Below the pieces are notes generated by a model that was not told the origin of the DNA, made no database searches, and saw only the letters and a list, made by a program, of their open reading frames with translations. A DNA stretch of 64,000 bases from Eledone cirrhosa (taxonomy: Eukaryota), in the NCBI GenBank assembly GCA_964016885.1, contig OZ024745.1:59830001-59894000 (forward strand), written 5' to 3'. Positions 11,813 through 24,656 of this stretch are shown here, piece by piece; positions within the stretch are counted from its first letter, which is position 1; the number at the start of each line of letters is the position of its first letter. A program made the position numbers and the translations under genes.

Positions 11813-12192
11813 GACTTGGAGTGTAATGTACAACTTGGAGCATAATGTACAACTTGGAGCATAATGTACGACTTGGAGCATAATGTACGACTTAGAGTGT
11901 AATGTAGGACTTAGAGTGTAATGTAGGACTTAGAGTGTAATGTAGGACTTGGAGCATAATGTAGGACTAGGAGCATAATGTACGACTTGGAGTGTAATGT
12001 AGGACTTGGAGTGTAATGTAGGACTTGGAGTGTAAACTGCCAGTTGAAATATAAATTGCGACTTGGATAGTAAACCTTGACTTGCAGTGTATTGAACAAC
12101 TTGGGGTGTATACTGCGGCTTGGAGTGTAAACTGCGGCTCCGAATATAAACTACGACTTGCAGTGTCATATATGACTCTGAGTGAAAACCTC
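11813..12192 (+). repeat. Cassette 9 (20 monomers, haplotype II)
   Basis: Core offset 61x19; private G>C at 12041. Confidence 0.95.
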
Positions 12193-12971
12193 GACTTGGA
12201 GTGAAAACCTCGACTTGGAGTGAGAACCTCGACTTGGAGTGAGAACCTCGACTTGGAGTGAAAACCTCGACTTGGAGTGAAAACCTCGACTTGGAGTGAA
12301 AACCTCGACTTGGAGTGAGAACCTCGACTTGGAGTGAGAACCTCGACTTGGAGTGAGAACCTCGACTTGGAGTGAGAACCTCGACTTGCAGTGAAAACCT
12401 CGACTTGGAGTGAGAACCTCGACTTGGAGTGAGAACCTCGACTTGGAGTGAAAACCTCGACTTGGAGTGAAAACCTCGACTTGGAGTGAGAACCTCGACT
12501 TGGAGTGAAAACCTCGACTTGGAGTGAAAACCTCGACTTGGAGTGAAAACCTCGACTTGGAGTGAAAACCTCGACTTGGAGTGAGAACCTCGACTTGGAG
12601 TGAAAACCTCGACTTGGAGTGAGAACCTCGACTTGGAGTGAAAACCTCGACTTGGAGTGAGAACCTCGACTTGGAGTGAGAACCTCGACTTGGAGTGAAA
12701 ACCTCGTCTTGGAGTGAGAACCTCGACTTGGAGTAAGAACGTCGACTTGGAGTGAGAACCTCGACTTGGAGTGAAAACCTCGACTTGGAGTGAAAACCTC
12801 GACTTGGAGTGAGAACCTCGACTTGGAGTGAAAACCTCGACTTGGAGTGAAAACCTCGACTTGGAGTGAAAACCTCGACTTGGAGTGAAAACCTCGACTT
12901 GGAGTGAGAACCTCGACTTGGAGTGAAAACCTCGACTTGGAGTGAGAACCTCGACTTGGAGTGTAAACTGC

Positions 12972-13332
12972 GACTTGGAGTGTAATGTACAACTTGGAGC
13001 ATAATGTACAACTTGGAGCATAATGTACGACTTGGAGCATAATGTACGACTTAGAGTGTAATGTAGGACTTAGAGTGTAATGTAGGACTTAGAGTGTAAT
13101 GTAGGACTAGGAGCATAATGTACGACTTGGAGTGTAATGTAGGACTTGGAGTGTAATGTAGGACTTGGAGTGTAAACTGCGAGTTGAAATATAAATTGCG
13201 ACTTGGATAGTAAACCTTGACTTGCAGTGTATTGAACAACTTGGGGTGTATACTGCGGCTTGGAGTGTAAACTGCGGCTCCGAATATAAACTACGACTTG
13301 CAGTGTCATATATGACTCTGAGTGAAAACCTC
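12972..13332 (+). repeat. Cassette 10 (19 monomers, haplotype II)
   Basis: Core offset 60x19; one GAGCAT monomer missing. Confidence 0.95.
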
Positions 13333-14016
13333 GACTTGGAGTGAAAACCTCGACTTGGAGTGAGAACCTCGACTTGGAGTGAGAACCTCGACTTGGAGTG
13401 AAAACCTCGACTTGGAGTGAAAACCTCGACTTGGAGTGAAAACCTCGACTTGGAGTGAGAACCTCGACTTGGAGTGAGAACCTCGACTTGGAGTGAGAAC
13501 CTCGACTTGGAGTGAGAACCTCGACTTGGAGTGAGAACCTCGACTTGGAGTGAAAACCTCGACTTGGAGTGAAAACCTCGACTTGGAGTGAAAACCTCGA
13601 CTTGGAGTGAAAACCTCGACTTGGAGTGAAAACCTCGACTTGGAGTGAGAACCTCGACTTGGAGTGAAAACCTCGACTTGGAGTGAGAACCTCGACTTGG
13701 AGTGAAAACCTCGACTTGGAGTGAGAACCTCGACTTGGAGTGAAAACCTCGACTTGGAGTGAGAACCTCGACTTGGAGTGAAAACCTCGTCTTGGAGTGA
13801 GAACCTCGACTTGGAGTGAGAACGTCGACTTGGAGTGAGAACCTCGAATTGGAGTGAAAACCTCGACTTGGAGTGAAAACCTCGACTTGGAGTGAGAACC
13901 TCGACTTGGAGTGAAAACCTCGACTTGGAGTGAAAACCTCGACTTGGAGTGAGAACCTCGACTTGGAGTGAAAACCTCGACTTGGAGTGAGAACCTCGAC
14001 TTGGAGTGTAAACTGC

Positions 14017-14396
14017 GACTTGGAGTGTAATGTAAAACTTGGAGCATAATGTACAACTTGGAGCATAATGTACGACTTGGAGCATAATGTACGACTTAGA
14101 GTGTAATGTAGGACTTAGAGTGTAATGTAGGACTTAGAGTGTAATGTAGGACTTGGAGCATAATGTAGGACTAGGAGCATAATGTACGACTTGGAGTGTA
14201 ATGTAGGACTTGGAGTGTAATGTAGGACTTGGAGTGTAAACTGCGAGTTGAAATATAAATTGCGACTTGGATAGTAAACCTTGACTTGCAGTGTATTGAA
14301 CAACTTGGGGTGTATACTGCGGCTTGGAGTGTAAACTGCGGCTCCGAATATAAACTACGACTTGCAGTGTCATATATGACTCTGAGTGAAAACCTC
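14017..14396 (+). repeat. Cassette 11 (20 monomers, haplotype II)
   Basis: Core offset 56x19. Confidence 0.95.
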
Positions 14397-15137
14397 GACT
14401 TGGAGTGAAAACCTCGACTTGGAGTGAGAACCTCGACTTGGAGTGAGAACCTCGACTTGGAGTGAAAACCTCGACTTGGAGTGAAAACCTCGACTTGGAG
14501 TGAAAACCTCGACTTGGAGTGAGAACCTCGACTTGGAGTGAGAACCTCGACTTGGAGTGAGAACCTCGACTTGGAGTGAGAACCTCGACTTGCAGTGAAA
14601 ACCTCGACTTGGAGTGAGAACCTCGACTTGGAGTGAGAACCTCGACTTGGAGTGAAAACCTCGACTTGGAGTGAAAACCTCGACTTGGAGTGAGAACCTC
14701 GACTTGGAGTGAGAACCTCGACTTGGAGTGAAAACCTCGACTTGGAGTGAAAACCTCGACTTGGAGTGAAAACCTCGACTTGGAGTGAGAACCTCGACTT
14801 GGAGTGAAAACCTCGACTTGGAGTGAGAACCTCGACTTGGAGTGAAAACCTCGACTTGGAGTGAGAACCTCGACTTGGAGTGAGAACCTCGACTTGGAGT
14901 GAAAACCTCGTCTTGGAGTGAGAACCTCGACTTGGAGTGAGAACGTCGACTTGGAGTGAGAACCTCGACTTGGAGTGAAAACCTCGACTTGGAGTGAAAA
15001 CCTCGACTTGGAGTGAGAACCTCGACTTGGAGTGAAAACCTCGACTTGGAGTGAAAACCTCGACTTGGAGTGAGAACCTCGACTTGGAGTGAAAACCTCG
15101 ACTTGGAGTGAGAACCTCGACTTGGAGTGTAAACTGC

Positions 15138-15517
15138 GACTTGGAGTGTAATGTACAACTTGGAGCATAATGTACAACTTGGAGCATAATGTACGACTTG
15201 GAGCATAATGTACGACTTAGAGTGTAATGTAGGACTTAGAGTGTAATGTAGGACTTAGAGTGTAATGTAGGACTTGGAGCATAATGTAGGACTAGGAGCA
15301 TAATGTACGACTTGGAGTGTAATGTAGGACTTGGAGTGTAATGTAGGACTTGGAGTGTAAACTGCGAGTTGAAATATAAATTGCGACTTGGATAGTAAAC
15401 CTTGACTTGCAGTGTATTGAACAACTTGGGGTGTATACTGCGGCTTGGAGTGTAAACTGCGGCTCCGAATATAAACTACGACTTGCAGTGTCATATATGA
15501 CTCTGAGTGAAAACCTC
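15138..15517 (+). repeat. Cassette 12 (20 monomers, haplotype II)
   Basis: Core offset 59x19. Confidence 0.95.
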
Positions 15518-17113
15518 GACTTGGAGTGAAAACCTCGACTTGGAGTGAGAACCTCGACTTGGAGTGAGAACCTCGACTTGGAGTGAAAACCTCGACTTGG
15601 AGTGAAAACCTCGACTTGGAGTGAAAACCTCGACTTGGAGTGAGAACCTCGACTTGGAGTGAGAACCTCGACTTGGAGTGAGAACCTCGACTTGGAGTGA
15701 AAACCTCGACTTGGAGTGAGAACCTCGACTTGGAGTGAGAACCTCGACTTGGAGTGAAAACCTCGACTTGGAGTGAAAACCTCGACTTGGAGTGAAAACC
15801 TCGACTTGGAGTGAAAACCTCGACTTGGAGTGAAAACCTCGACTTGGAGTGAAAACCTCGACTTGGAGTGAAAACCTCGACTTGGAGTGAAAACCTCGAC
15901 TTGGAGTGAGAACCTCGACTTGGAGTGAGAACCTCGACTTGGAGTGAGAACCTCGACTTGGAGTGAAAACCTCGACTTGGAGTGAGAACCTCGACTTGGA
16001 GCGAGAACCTCGACTTGGAGTGAAAACCTCGTCTTGGAGTGAGAACCTCGACTTGGAGTGAGAACGTCGACTTGGAGTGAGAACCTCGACTTGGAGTGAA
16101 AACATCGACTTGGAGTGAAAACCTCGACTTGGAGTGAGAACCTCGACTTGGAGTGAAAACCTCGATTTGGAGTGAAAACCTCGACTTGGAGTGAAAACCT
16201 CGACTTGGAGTGAAAACCTCGACTTGGAGTGAGAACCTCGACTTGGAGTGAAAACCTCGACTTGGAGTGAGAACCTCGACTTGGAGTGAAAACTTCGACT
16301 TGGAGTGAGAACCTCGACTTGGAGTGAGAACCTCGACTTGGAGTGAGAACCTCGACTTGGAGTGAAAACCTCGACTTGGAGTGAGAACCTCGACTTGGAG
16401 TGAAAACCTCGACTTGGAGTGAAAACCTCGACTTGGAGTGAAAACCTCGACTTGGAGTGAGAACCTCGACTTGGAGTGAGAACCTCGACTTGGAGTGAGA
16501 ACCTCGACTTGGAGTGAGAACCTCGACTTGCAGTGAAAACCTCGACTTGGAGTGAGAACCTCGACTTGGAGTGAGAACCTCGACTTGGAGTGAAAACCTC
16601 GACTTGGAGTGAAAACCTCGACTTGGAGTGAGAACCTCGACTTGGAGTGAAAACCTCGACTTGGAGTGAAAACCTCGACTTGGAGTGAAAACCTCGACTT
16701 GGAGTGAAAACCTCGACTTGGAGTGAGAACCTCGACTTGGAGTGAAAACCTCGACTTGGAGTGAGAACCTCGACTTGGAGTGAAAACCTCGACTTGGAGT
16801 GAGAACCTCGACTTGGAGTGAGAACCTCGACTTGGAGTGAAAACCTCGTCTTGGAGTGAGAACCTCGACTTGGAGTAAGAACGTCGACTTGGAGTGAGAA
16901 CCTCGACTTGGAGTGAAAACCTCGACTTGGAGTGAAAACCTCGACTTGGAGTGAGAACCTCGACTTGGAGTGAAAACCTCGACTTGGAGTGAAAACCTCG
17001 ACTTGGAGTGAAAACCTCGACTTGGAGTGAAAACCTCGACTTGGAGTGAGAACCTCGACTTGGAGTGAAAACCTCGACTTGGAGTGAGAACCTCGACTTG
17101 GAGTGTAAACTGC

Positions 17114-17493
17114 GACTTGGAGTGTAATGTACAACTTGGAGCATAATGTACAACTTGGAGCATAATGTACGACTTGGAGCATAATGTACGACTTAGAGTG
17201 TAATGTAGGACTTAGAGTGTAATGTAGGACTTAGAGTGTAATGTAGGACTTGGAGCATAATGTAGGACTAGGAGCATAATGTACGACTTGGAGTGTAATG
17301 TAGGACTTGGAGTGTAATGTAGGACTTGGAGTGTAAACTGCGAGTTGAAATATAAATTGCGACTTGGATAGTAAACCTTGACTTGCAGTGTATTGAACAA
17401 CTTGGGGTGTATACTGCGGCTTGGAGTGTAAACTGCGGCTCCGAATATAAACTACGACTTGCAGTGTCATATATGACTCTGAGTGAAAACCTC
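17114..17493 (+). repeat. Cassette 13 (20 monomers, haplotype II)
   Basis: Core offset 104x19. Confidence 0.95.
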
Positions 17494-18234
17494 GACTTGG
17501 AGTGAAAACCTCGACTTGGAGTGAGAACCTCGACTTGGAGTGAGAACCTCGACTTGGAGTGAAAACCTCGACTTGGAGTGAAAACCTCGACTTGGAGTGA
17601 AAACCTCGACTTGGAGTGAGAACCTCGACTTGGAGTGAGAACCTCGACTTGGAGTGAGAACCTCGACTTGGAGTGAAAACCTCGACTTGGAGTGAGAACC
17701 TCGACTTGGAGTGAGAACCTCGACTTGGAGTGAAAACCTCGACTTGGAGTGAAAACCTCGACTTGGAGTGAAAACCTCGACTTGGAGTGAAAACCTCGAC
17801 TTGGAGTGAAAACCTCGACTTGGAGTGAAAACCTCGACTTGGAGTGAAAACCTCGACTTGGAGTGAGAACCTCGACTTGGAGTGAAAACCTCGACTTGGA
17901 GTGAGAACCTCGACTTGGAGTGAAAACCTCGACTTGGAGTGAGAACCTCGACTTGGAGTGAAAACCTCGTCTTGGAGTGAGAACCTCGACTTGGAGTGAG
18001 AACGTCGACTTGGAGTGAGAACCTCGACTTGGAGTGAAAACCTCGACTTGGAGTGAGAACCTCGACTTGGAGTGAAAACCTCGACTTGGAGTGAAAACCT
18101 CGACTTGGAGTGAGAACCTCGACTTGGAGTGAAAACCTCGACTTGGAGTGAAAACCTCGACTTGGAGTGAGAACCTCGACTTGGAGTGAAAACCTCGACT
18201 TGGAGTGAGAACCTCGACTTGGAGTGTAAACTGC

Positions 18235-18614
18235 GACTTGGAGTGTAATGTACAACTTGGAGCATAATGTACAACTTGGAGCATAATGTACGACTTGGAG
18301 CATAATGTACGACTTAGAGTGTAATGTAGGACTTAGAGTGTAATGTAGGACTTAGAGTGTAATGTAGGACTTGGAGCATAATGTAGGACTAGGAGCATAA
18401 TGTACGACTTGGAGTGTAATGTAGGACTTGGAGTGTAATGTAGGACTTGGAGTGTAAACTGCGAGTTGAAATATAAATTGCGACTTGGATAGTAAACCTT
18501 GACTTGCAGTGTATTGAACAACTTGGGGTGTATACTGCGGCTTGGAGTGTAAACTGCGGCTCCGAATATAAACTACGACTTGCAGTGTCATATATGACTC
18601 TGAGTGAAAACCTC
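18235..18614 (+). repeat. Cassette 14 (20 monomers, haplotype II)
   Basis: Core offset 59x19. Confidence 0.95.
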
Positions 18615-19355
18615 GACTTGGAGTGAAAACCTCGACTTGGAGTGAGAACCTCGACTTGGAGTGAGAACCTCGACTTGGAGTGAAAACCTCGACTTGGAGT
18701 GAAAACCTCGACTTGGAGTGAAAACCTCGACTTGGAGTGAGAACCTCGACTTGGAGTGAGAACCTCGACTTGGAGTGAGAACCTCGACTTGGAGTGAGAA
18801 CCTCGACTTGCAGTGAAAACCTCGACTTGGAGTGAGAACCTCGACTTGGAGTGAGAACCTCGACTTGGAGTGAAAACCTCGACTTGGAGTGAAAACCTCG
18901 ACTTGGAGTGAGAACCTCGACTTGGAGTGAGAACCTCGACTTGGAGTGAAAACCTCGACTTGGAGTGAAAACCTCGACTTGGAGTGAAAACCTCGACTTG
19001 GAGTGAGAACCTCGACTTGGAGTGAAAACCTCGACTTGGAGTGAGAACCTCGACTTGGAGTGAAAACCTCGACTTGGAGTGAGAACCTCGACTTGGAGTG
19101 AGAACCTCGACTTGGAGTGAAAACCTCGTCTTGGAGTGAGAACCTCGACTTGGAGTGAGAACGTCGACTTGGAGTGAGAACCTCGACTTGGAGTGAAAAC
19201 CTCGACTTGGAGTGAAAACCTCGACTTGGAGTGAGAACCTCGACTTGGAGTGAAAACCTCGACTTGGAGTGAAAACCTCGACTTGGAGTGAGAACCTCGA
19301 CTTGGAGTGAAAACCTCGACTTGGAGTGAGAACCTCGACTTGGAGTGTAAACTGC

Positions 19356-19735
19356 GACTTGGAGTGTAATGTACAACTTGGAGCATAATGTACAACTTGG
19401 AGCATAATGTACGACTTGGAGCATAATGTACGACTTAGAGTGTAATGTAGGACTTAGAGTGTAATGTAGGACTTAGAGTGTAATGTAGGACTTGGAGCAT
19501 AATGTAGGACTAGGAGCATAATGTACGACTTGGAGTGTAATGTAGGACTTGGAGTGTAATGTAGGACTTGGAGTGTAAACTGCGAGTTGAAATATAAATT
19601 GCGACTTGGATAGTAAACCTTGACTTGCAGTGTATTGAACAACTTGGGGTGTATACTGCGGCTTGGAGTGTAAACTGCGGCTCCGAATATAAACTACGAC
19701 TTGCAGTGTCATATATGACTCTGAGTGAAAACCTC
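19356..19735 (+). repeat. Cassette 15 (20 monomers, haplotype II)
   Basis: Core offset 59x19. Confidence 0.95.
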
Positions 19736-20229
19736 GACTTGGAGTGAAAACCTCGACTTGGAGTGAGAACCTCGACTTGGAGTGAGAACCTCGACTTGGA
19801 GTGAAAACCTCGACTTGGAGTGAAAACCTCGACTTGGAGTGAAAACCTCGACTTGGAGTGAAAACCTCGACTTGGAGTGAGAACCTCGACTTGGAGTGAA
19901 AACCTCGACTTGGAGTGAAAACCTCGACTTGGAGTGAAAACCTCGACTTGGAGTGAGAACCTCGACTTGGAGTGAGAACCTCGACTTGGAGTGAAAACCT
20001 CGTCTTGGAGTGAGAACCTCGACTTGGAGTGAGAACGTCGACTTGGAGTGAGAACCTCGACTTGGAGTGAAAACCTCGACTTGGAGTGAAAACCTCGACT
20101 TGGAGTGAGAACCTCGACTTGGAGTGAAAACCTCGACTTGGAGTGAAAACCTCGACTTGGAGTGAGAACCTCGACTTGGAGTGAAAACCTCGACTTGGAG
20201 TGAGAACCTCGACTTGGAGTGTAAACTGC

Positions 20230-20609
20230 GACTTGGAGTGTAATGTACAACTTGGAGCATAATGTACAACTTGGAGCATAATGTACGACTTGGAGCATAA
20301 TGTACGACTTAGAGTGTAATGTAGGACTTAGAGTGTAATGTAGGACTTAGAGTGTAATGTAGGACTTGGAGCATAATGTAGGACTAGGAGCATAATGTAC
20401 GACTTGGAGTGTAATGTAGGACTTGGAGTGTAATGTAGGACTTGGAGTGTAAACTGCGAGTTGAAATATAAATTGCGACTTGGATAGTAAACCTTGACTT
20501 GCAGTGTATTGAACAACTTGGGGTGTATACTGCGGCTTGGAGTGTAAACTGCGGCTCCGAATATAAACTACGACTTGCAGTGTCATATATGACTCTGAGT
20601 GAAAACCTC
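20230..20609 (+). repeat. Cassette 16 (20 monomers, haplotype II)
   Basis: Core offset 46x19, the shortest unit. Confidence 0.95.
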
Positions 20610-23600
20610 GACTTGGAGTGAAAACCTCGACTTGGAGTGAGAACCTCGACTTGGAGTGAGAACCTCGACTTGGAGTGAAAACCTCGACTTGGAGTGAAAA
20701 CCTCGACTTGGAGTGAAAACCTCGACTTGGAGTGAGAACCTCGACTTGGAGTGAGAACCTCGACTTGGAGTGAGAACCTCGACTTGGAGTGAAAACCTCG
20801 ACTTGGAGTGAGAACCTCGACTTGGAGTGAGAACCTCGACTTGGAGTGAAAACCTCGACTTGGAGTGAAAACCTCGACTTGGAGTGAAAACCTCGACTTG
20901 GAGTGAAAACCTCGACTTGGAGTGAAAACCTCGACTTGGAGTGAAAACCTCGACTTGGAGTGAAAACCTCGACTTGGAGTGAAAACCTCGACTTGGAGTG
21001 AGAACCTCGACTTGGAGTGAGAACCTCGACTTGGAGTGAGAACCTCGACTTGGAGTGAAAACCTCGACTTGGAGTGAGAACCTCGACTTGGAGTGAGAAC
21101 CTCGACTTGGAGTGAAAACCTCGTCTTGGAGTGAGAACCTCGACTTGGAGTGAGAACGTCGACTTGGAGTGAGAACCTCGACTTGGAGTGAAAACATCGA
21201 CTTGGAGTGAAAACCTCGACTTGGAGTGAGAACCTCGACTTGGAGTGAAAACCTCGATTTGGAGTGAAAACCTCGACTTGGAGTGAAAACCTCGACTTGG
21301 AGTGAAAACCTCGACTTGGAGTGAGAACCTCGACTTGGAGTGAAAACCTCGACTTGGAGTGAGAACCTCGACTTGGAGTGAAAACTTCGACTTGGAGTGA
21401 GAACCTCGACTTGGAGTGAGAACCTCGACTTGGAGTGAGAACCTCGACTTGGAGTGAAAACCTCGACTTGGAGTGAGAACCTCGACTTGGAGTTAAAACC
21501 TCGACTTGGAGTGAGAACCTCGACTTGGAGTGAAAACCTCGACTTGGAGTGAGAACCTCGACTTGGAGTGAGAACCTCGACTTGGAGTGAAAACCTCGAC
21601 TTGGAGAGAGAACCTCGACTTGGAGTGAGAACCTCGATTTTGAGTGAAAACCTCGACTTGGAGTGAGAACCTCGACTTGGAGTGAAAACCTCGACTTGGA
21701 GTGAGAACCTCGACTTGGAGTGAAAACCTCGACTTGGAGTGAGAACCTCGACTTGGAGTGGAAACCTCGACTTGGAGTGAAAACCTCGACTTGGAGTGAA
21801 AACCTCGACTTGGAGTGAGAACCTCGACTTGGAGTGAGAACCTCGACTTGGAGTGAGAACCTCGACTTGGAGTGAAAACCTCGACTTGGAGTGAGAACCT
21901 CGACTTGGAGTGAGAACCTCGACTTGGAGTGAAAACCTCGACTTGGAGTGAGAACCTCGACTTGGAGTGAAAACCTCGACTTGGAGTGAAAACCTCGACT
22001 TGGAGTGAAAACCTCGACTTGAAGTGAAAACCTCGACTTGGAGTGAGAACCTCGACTTGGAGTGACAACCTCGACTTGGAGTGACAACCTCGACTTGGAG
22101 TGAAAACCTCGACTTGGAGTGAGAACCACGACTTGGAGTGAAAACCTCGACTTGGAGTGAGAACCTCGACTTGGAGTGAAAACCTCGACTTGGAGTGAAA
22201 ACCTCGACTTGGAATGAGAACCTCGACTTGGAGTGAGAACCTCGACTTGGAGTGAGAACCTCGACTTGGAGTGTAAACTGCGACTCTGAGTAAGAACCTC
22301 GACTTGGAGTGAAAACCTCGACTTGGAGTGAGAACCTCGACTTGGAGTGAAAACCTCGACTTGGAGTGAGAACCTCGACTTGGAGTGAAAACCTCGACTT
22401 GGAGTCAGAACCTCGGCTTGGAGTCAGAACCTCGACTTGGAGTGAAAACCTCGACTTGGAGTGAAAACCTCGACTTGGAGTGAGAACCTCGACTTGGAGT
22501 GAGAACCTCGACTTGGAGTGACAACCTCGACTTGGAGTGACAACCTCGACTTGGAGTGAAAACCTCGACTTGGAGTGAGAACCACGACTTGGAGTGAAAA
22601 CCTCGACTTGGAGTGAGAACCTCGACTTGGAATGAGAACCTCGACTTGGAGTGAGAACCTCGACTTGGAGTGAGAACCTCGACTTGGAGTGTAAACTGCG
22701 ACTCTGAGTAAGAACCTCGACTTGGAGTGAAAACCTCGACTTGGAGTGAGAACCTCGACTTGGAGTGAAAACCTCGACTTGGAGTGAGAACCTCGACTTG
22801 GAGTGAAAACCTCGACTTGGAGTGTAAACTGCGACTCTGAGTAAGAACCTCGACTTGGAGTGAAAACCTCGACTTGGAGTGAGAACCTCGACTTGGAGTG
22901 AAAACCTCGACTTGGAGTGAGAACCTCGACTTGGAGTGAAAACCTCGACTTGGAGTCAGAACCTCGGCTTGGAGTCAGAACCTCGACTTGGAGTGAAAAC
23001 CTCGACTTGGAGTGAAAACCTCGACTTGGAGTGAAAACCTCGACTTGGAGTGAGAACCTCGACTTGGAGTGAGAACCTCCACTTGGAGTGAAAACCTCGA
23101 CTTGGAGTGAGAACCTCGACTTGGAGTGAAAACCTCGACTTGAAGTGTAAACTGCGACTTGGAGTGAGAACCTCGACTTGGAGTGAAAACCTCGACTTGG
23201 AGTGAGAACCTCGACTTGGAGTGAGAACCTCGACTTGGAGTGAGAACCTCGACTTGGAGTGAAAACCTCGACTTGGAGTGAGAACCTCGACTTGGAGTGA
23301 GAACCTCGACTTGGAGTGAGAACCTCGACTTGGAGTGAGAACCTCGACTTGGAGTGAGAACCTCGACTTGGAGTGAGAACCTCGACTTGCAGTGAAAACC
23401 TCGACTTGGAGTGAGAACCTCGACTTGCAGTGAAAACCTCGACTTGGAGTGAGAACCTCGACTTGGAGTGAAAACCTCGATTTGGAGTGAGAACCTCGAC
23501 TTGCAGTGAAAACCTCGACTTGGAGTGAGAACCTCGACTTGGAGTGAAAACCTCGACTTGGAGTGAAAACCTCGACTTGGAGTGAAAACCTCGACTTGGA

Positions 23601-24238
23601 ATGAAAACCTCGACTTGGAGTGAGAACCTCGACTTGGAGTGAGAACCTCGACTTGGAGTGAGAACCTCGACTTGGAGTGAGAACCTCGACTTGGAGTGTA
23701 AACTGCGACTCTGAGTGAAAACCTCGACTTGGAGTGAGAACCTCGACTTGGAGTGAGAACCTCGACTTGGAGTGAGAACCTCGACTTGGAGTGAAAACCT
23801 CGACTTGGAGTGAAAACCTCGACTTGGAGTGAAAACCTCGACTTGGAGTGAGAACCTCGACTTGGAGTGAAAACCTCGACTTGGAGTGAAAACATCGACT
23901 TGGAGTGAGAACCTCGACTTGGAGTGAGAACCTCGACTTGGAGTGAGAACCTCGACTTGGAGTGTAAACTGCGACTCTGAGTGAAAACCTCGACTTGGAG
24001 TGAGAACCTCGACTTGGAGTGAAAACCTCGACTTGGAGTGAGAACCTCGACTTGGAGTCAGAACCTCGACTTGGAGTCAGAACCTTGACTTGGAGTCAGA
24101 ACCTCGACTTGGAGTCAGAACCTCGACTTGGAGTGTAAACTGCGACTTGGAGTGAGAACCTCGACTTGGAGTGAAAACCTCGACTTGGAGTGAAAACCTC
24201 GACTTGGAGTGTAAACTGCGACTTGGAGTGTAAACTGC

Positions 24239-24656
24239 GACTTGGAGTGTAATGTACAACTTGGAGCATAATGTACAACTTGGAGCATAATGTACGACTT
24301 GGAGCATAATGTACGACTTAGAGTGTAATGTAGGACTTAGAGTGTAATGTAGGACTTAGAGTGTAATGTAGGACTTAGAGTGTAATGTAGGACTTAGAGT
24401 GTAATGTAGGACTAGGAGCATAATGTAGGACTAGGAGCATAATGTACGACTTGGAGTGTAATGTAGGACTTGGAGTGTAATGTAGGACTTGGAGTGTAAA
24501 CTGCGAGTTGAAATATAAATTGCGACTTGGATAGTAAACCTTGACTTGCAGTGTATTGAACAACTTGGGGTGTATACTGCGACTTGGAGTGTAAACTGCG
24601 GCTCCGAATATAAACTACGACTTGCAGTGTCATATATGACTCTGAGTGAAAACCTC
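24239..24656 (+). repeat. Cassette 17 (22 monomers, haplotype III, GATAG plus TATACTGCGAC)
   Basis: Core offset 213x19. Confidence 0.95.

Larger units (their letters stand above)
7519..20609 (+). repeat. Short-period higher-order repeat domain (mostly 56-63 monomers, about 1.1 kb per unit)
   Basis: Unit lengths 61,63,61,61,60,56,59,104,59,59,46 monomers; shared markers ACCTCGTC and AACGTCG; haplotype II cores. Confidence 0.9.
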
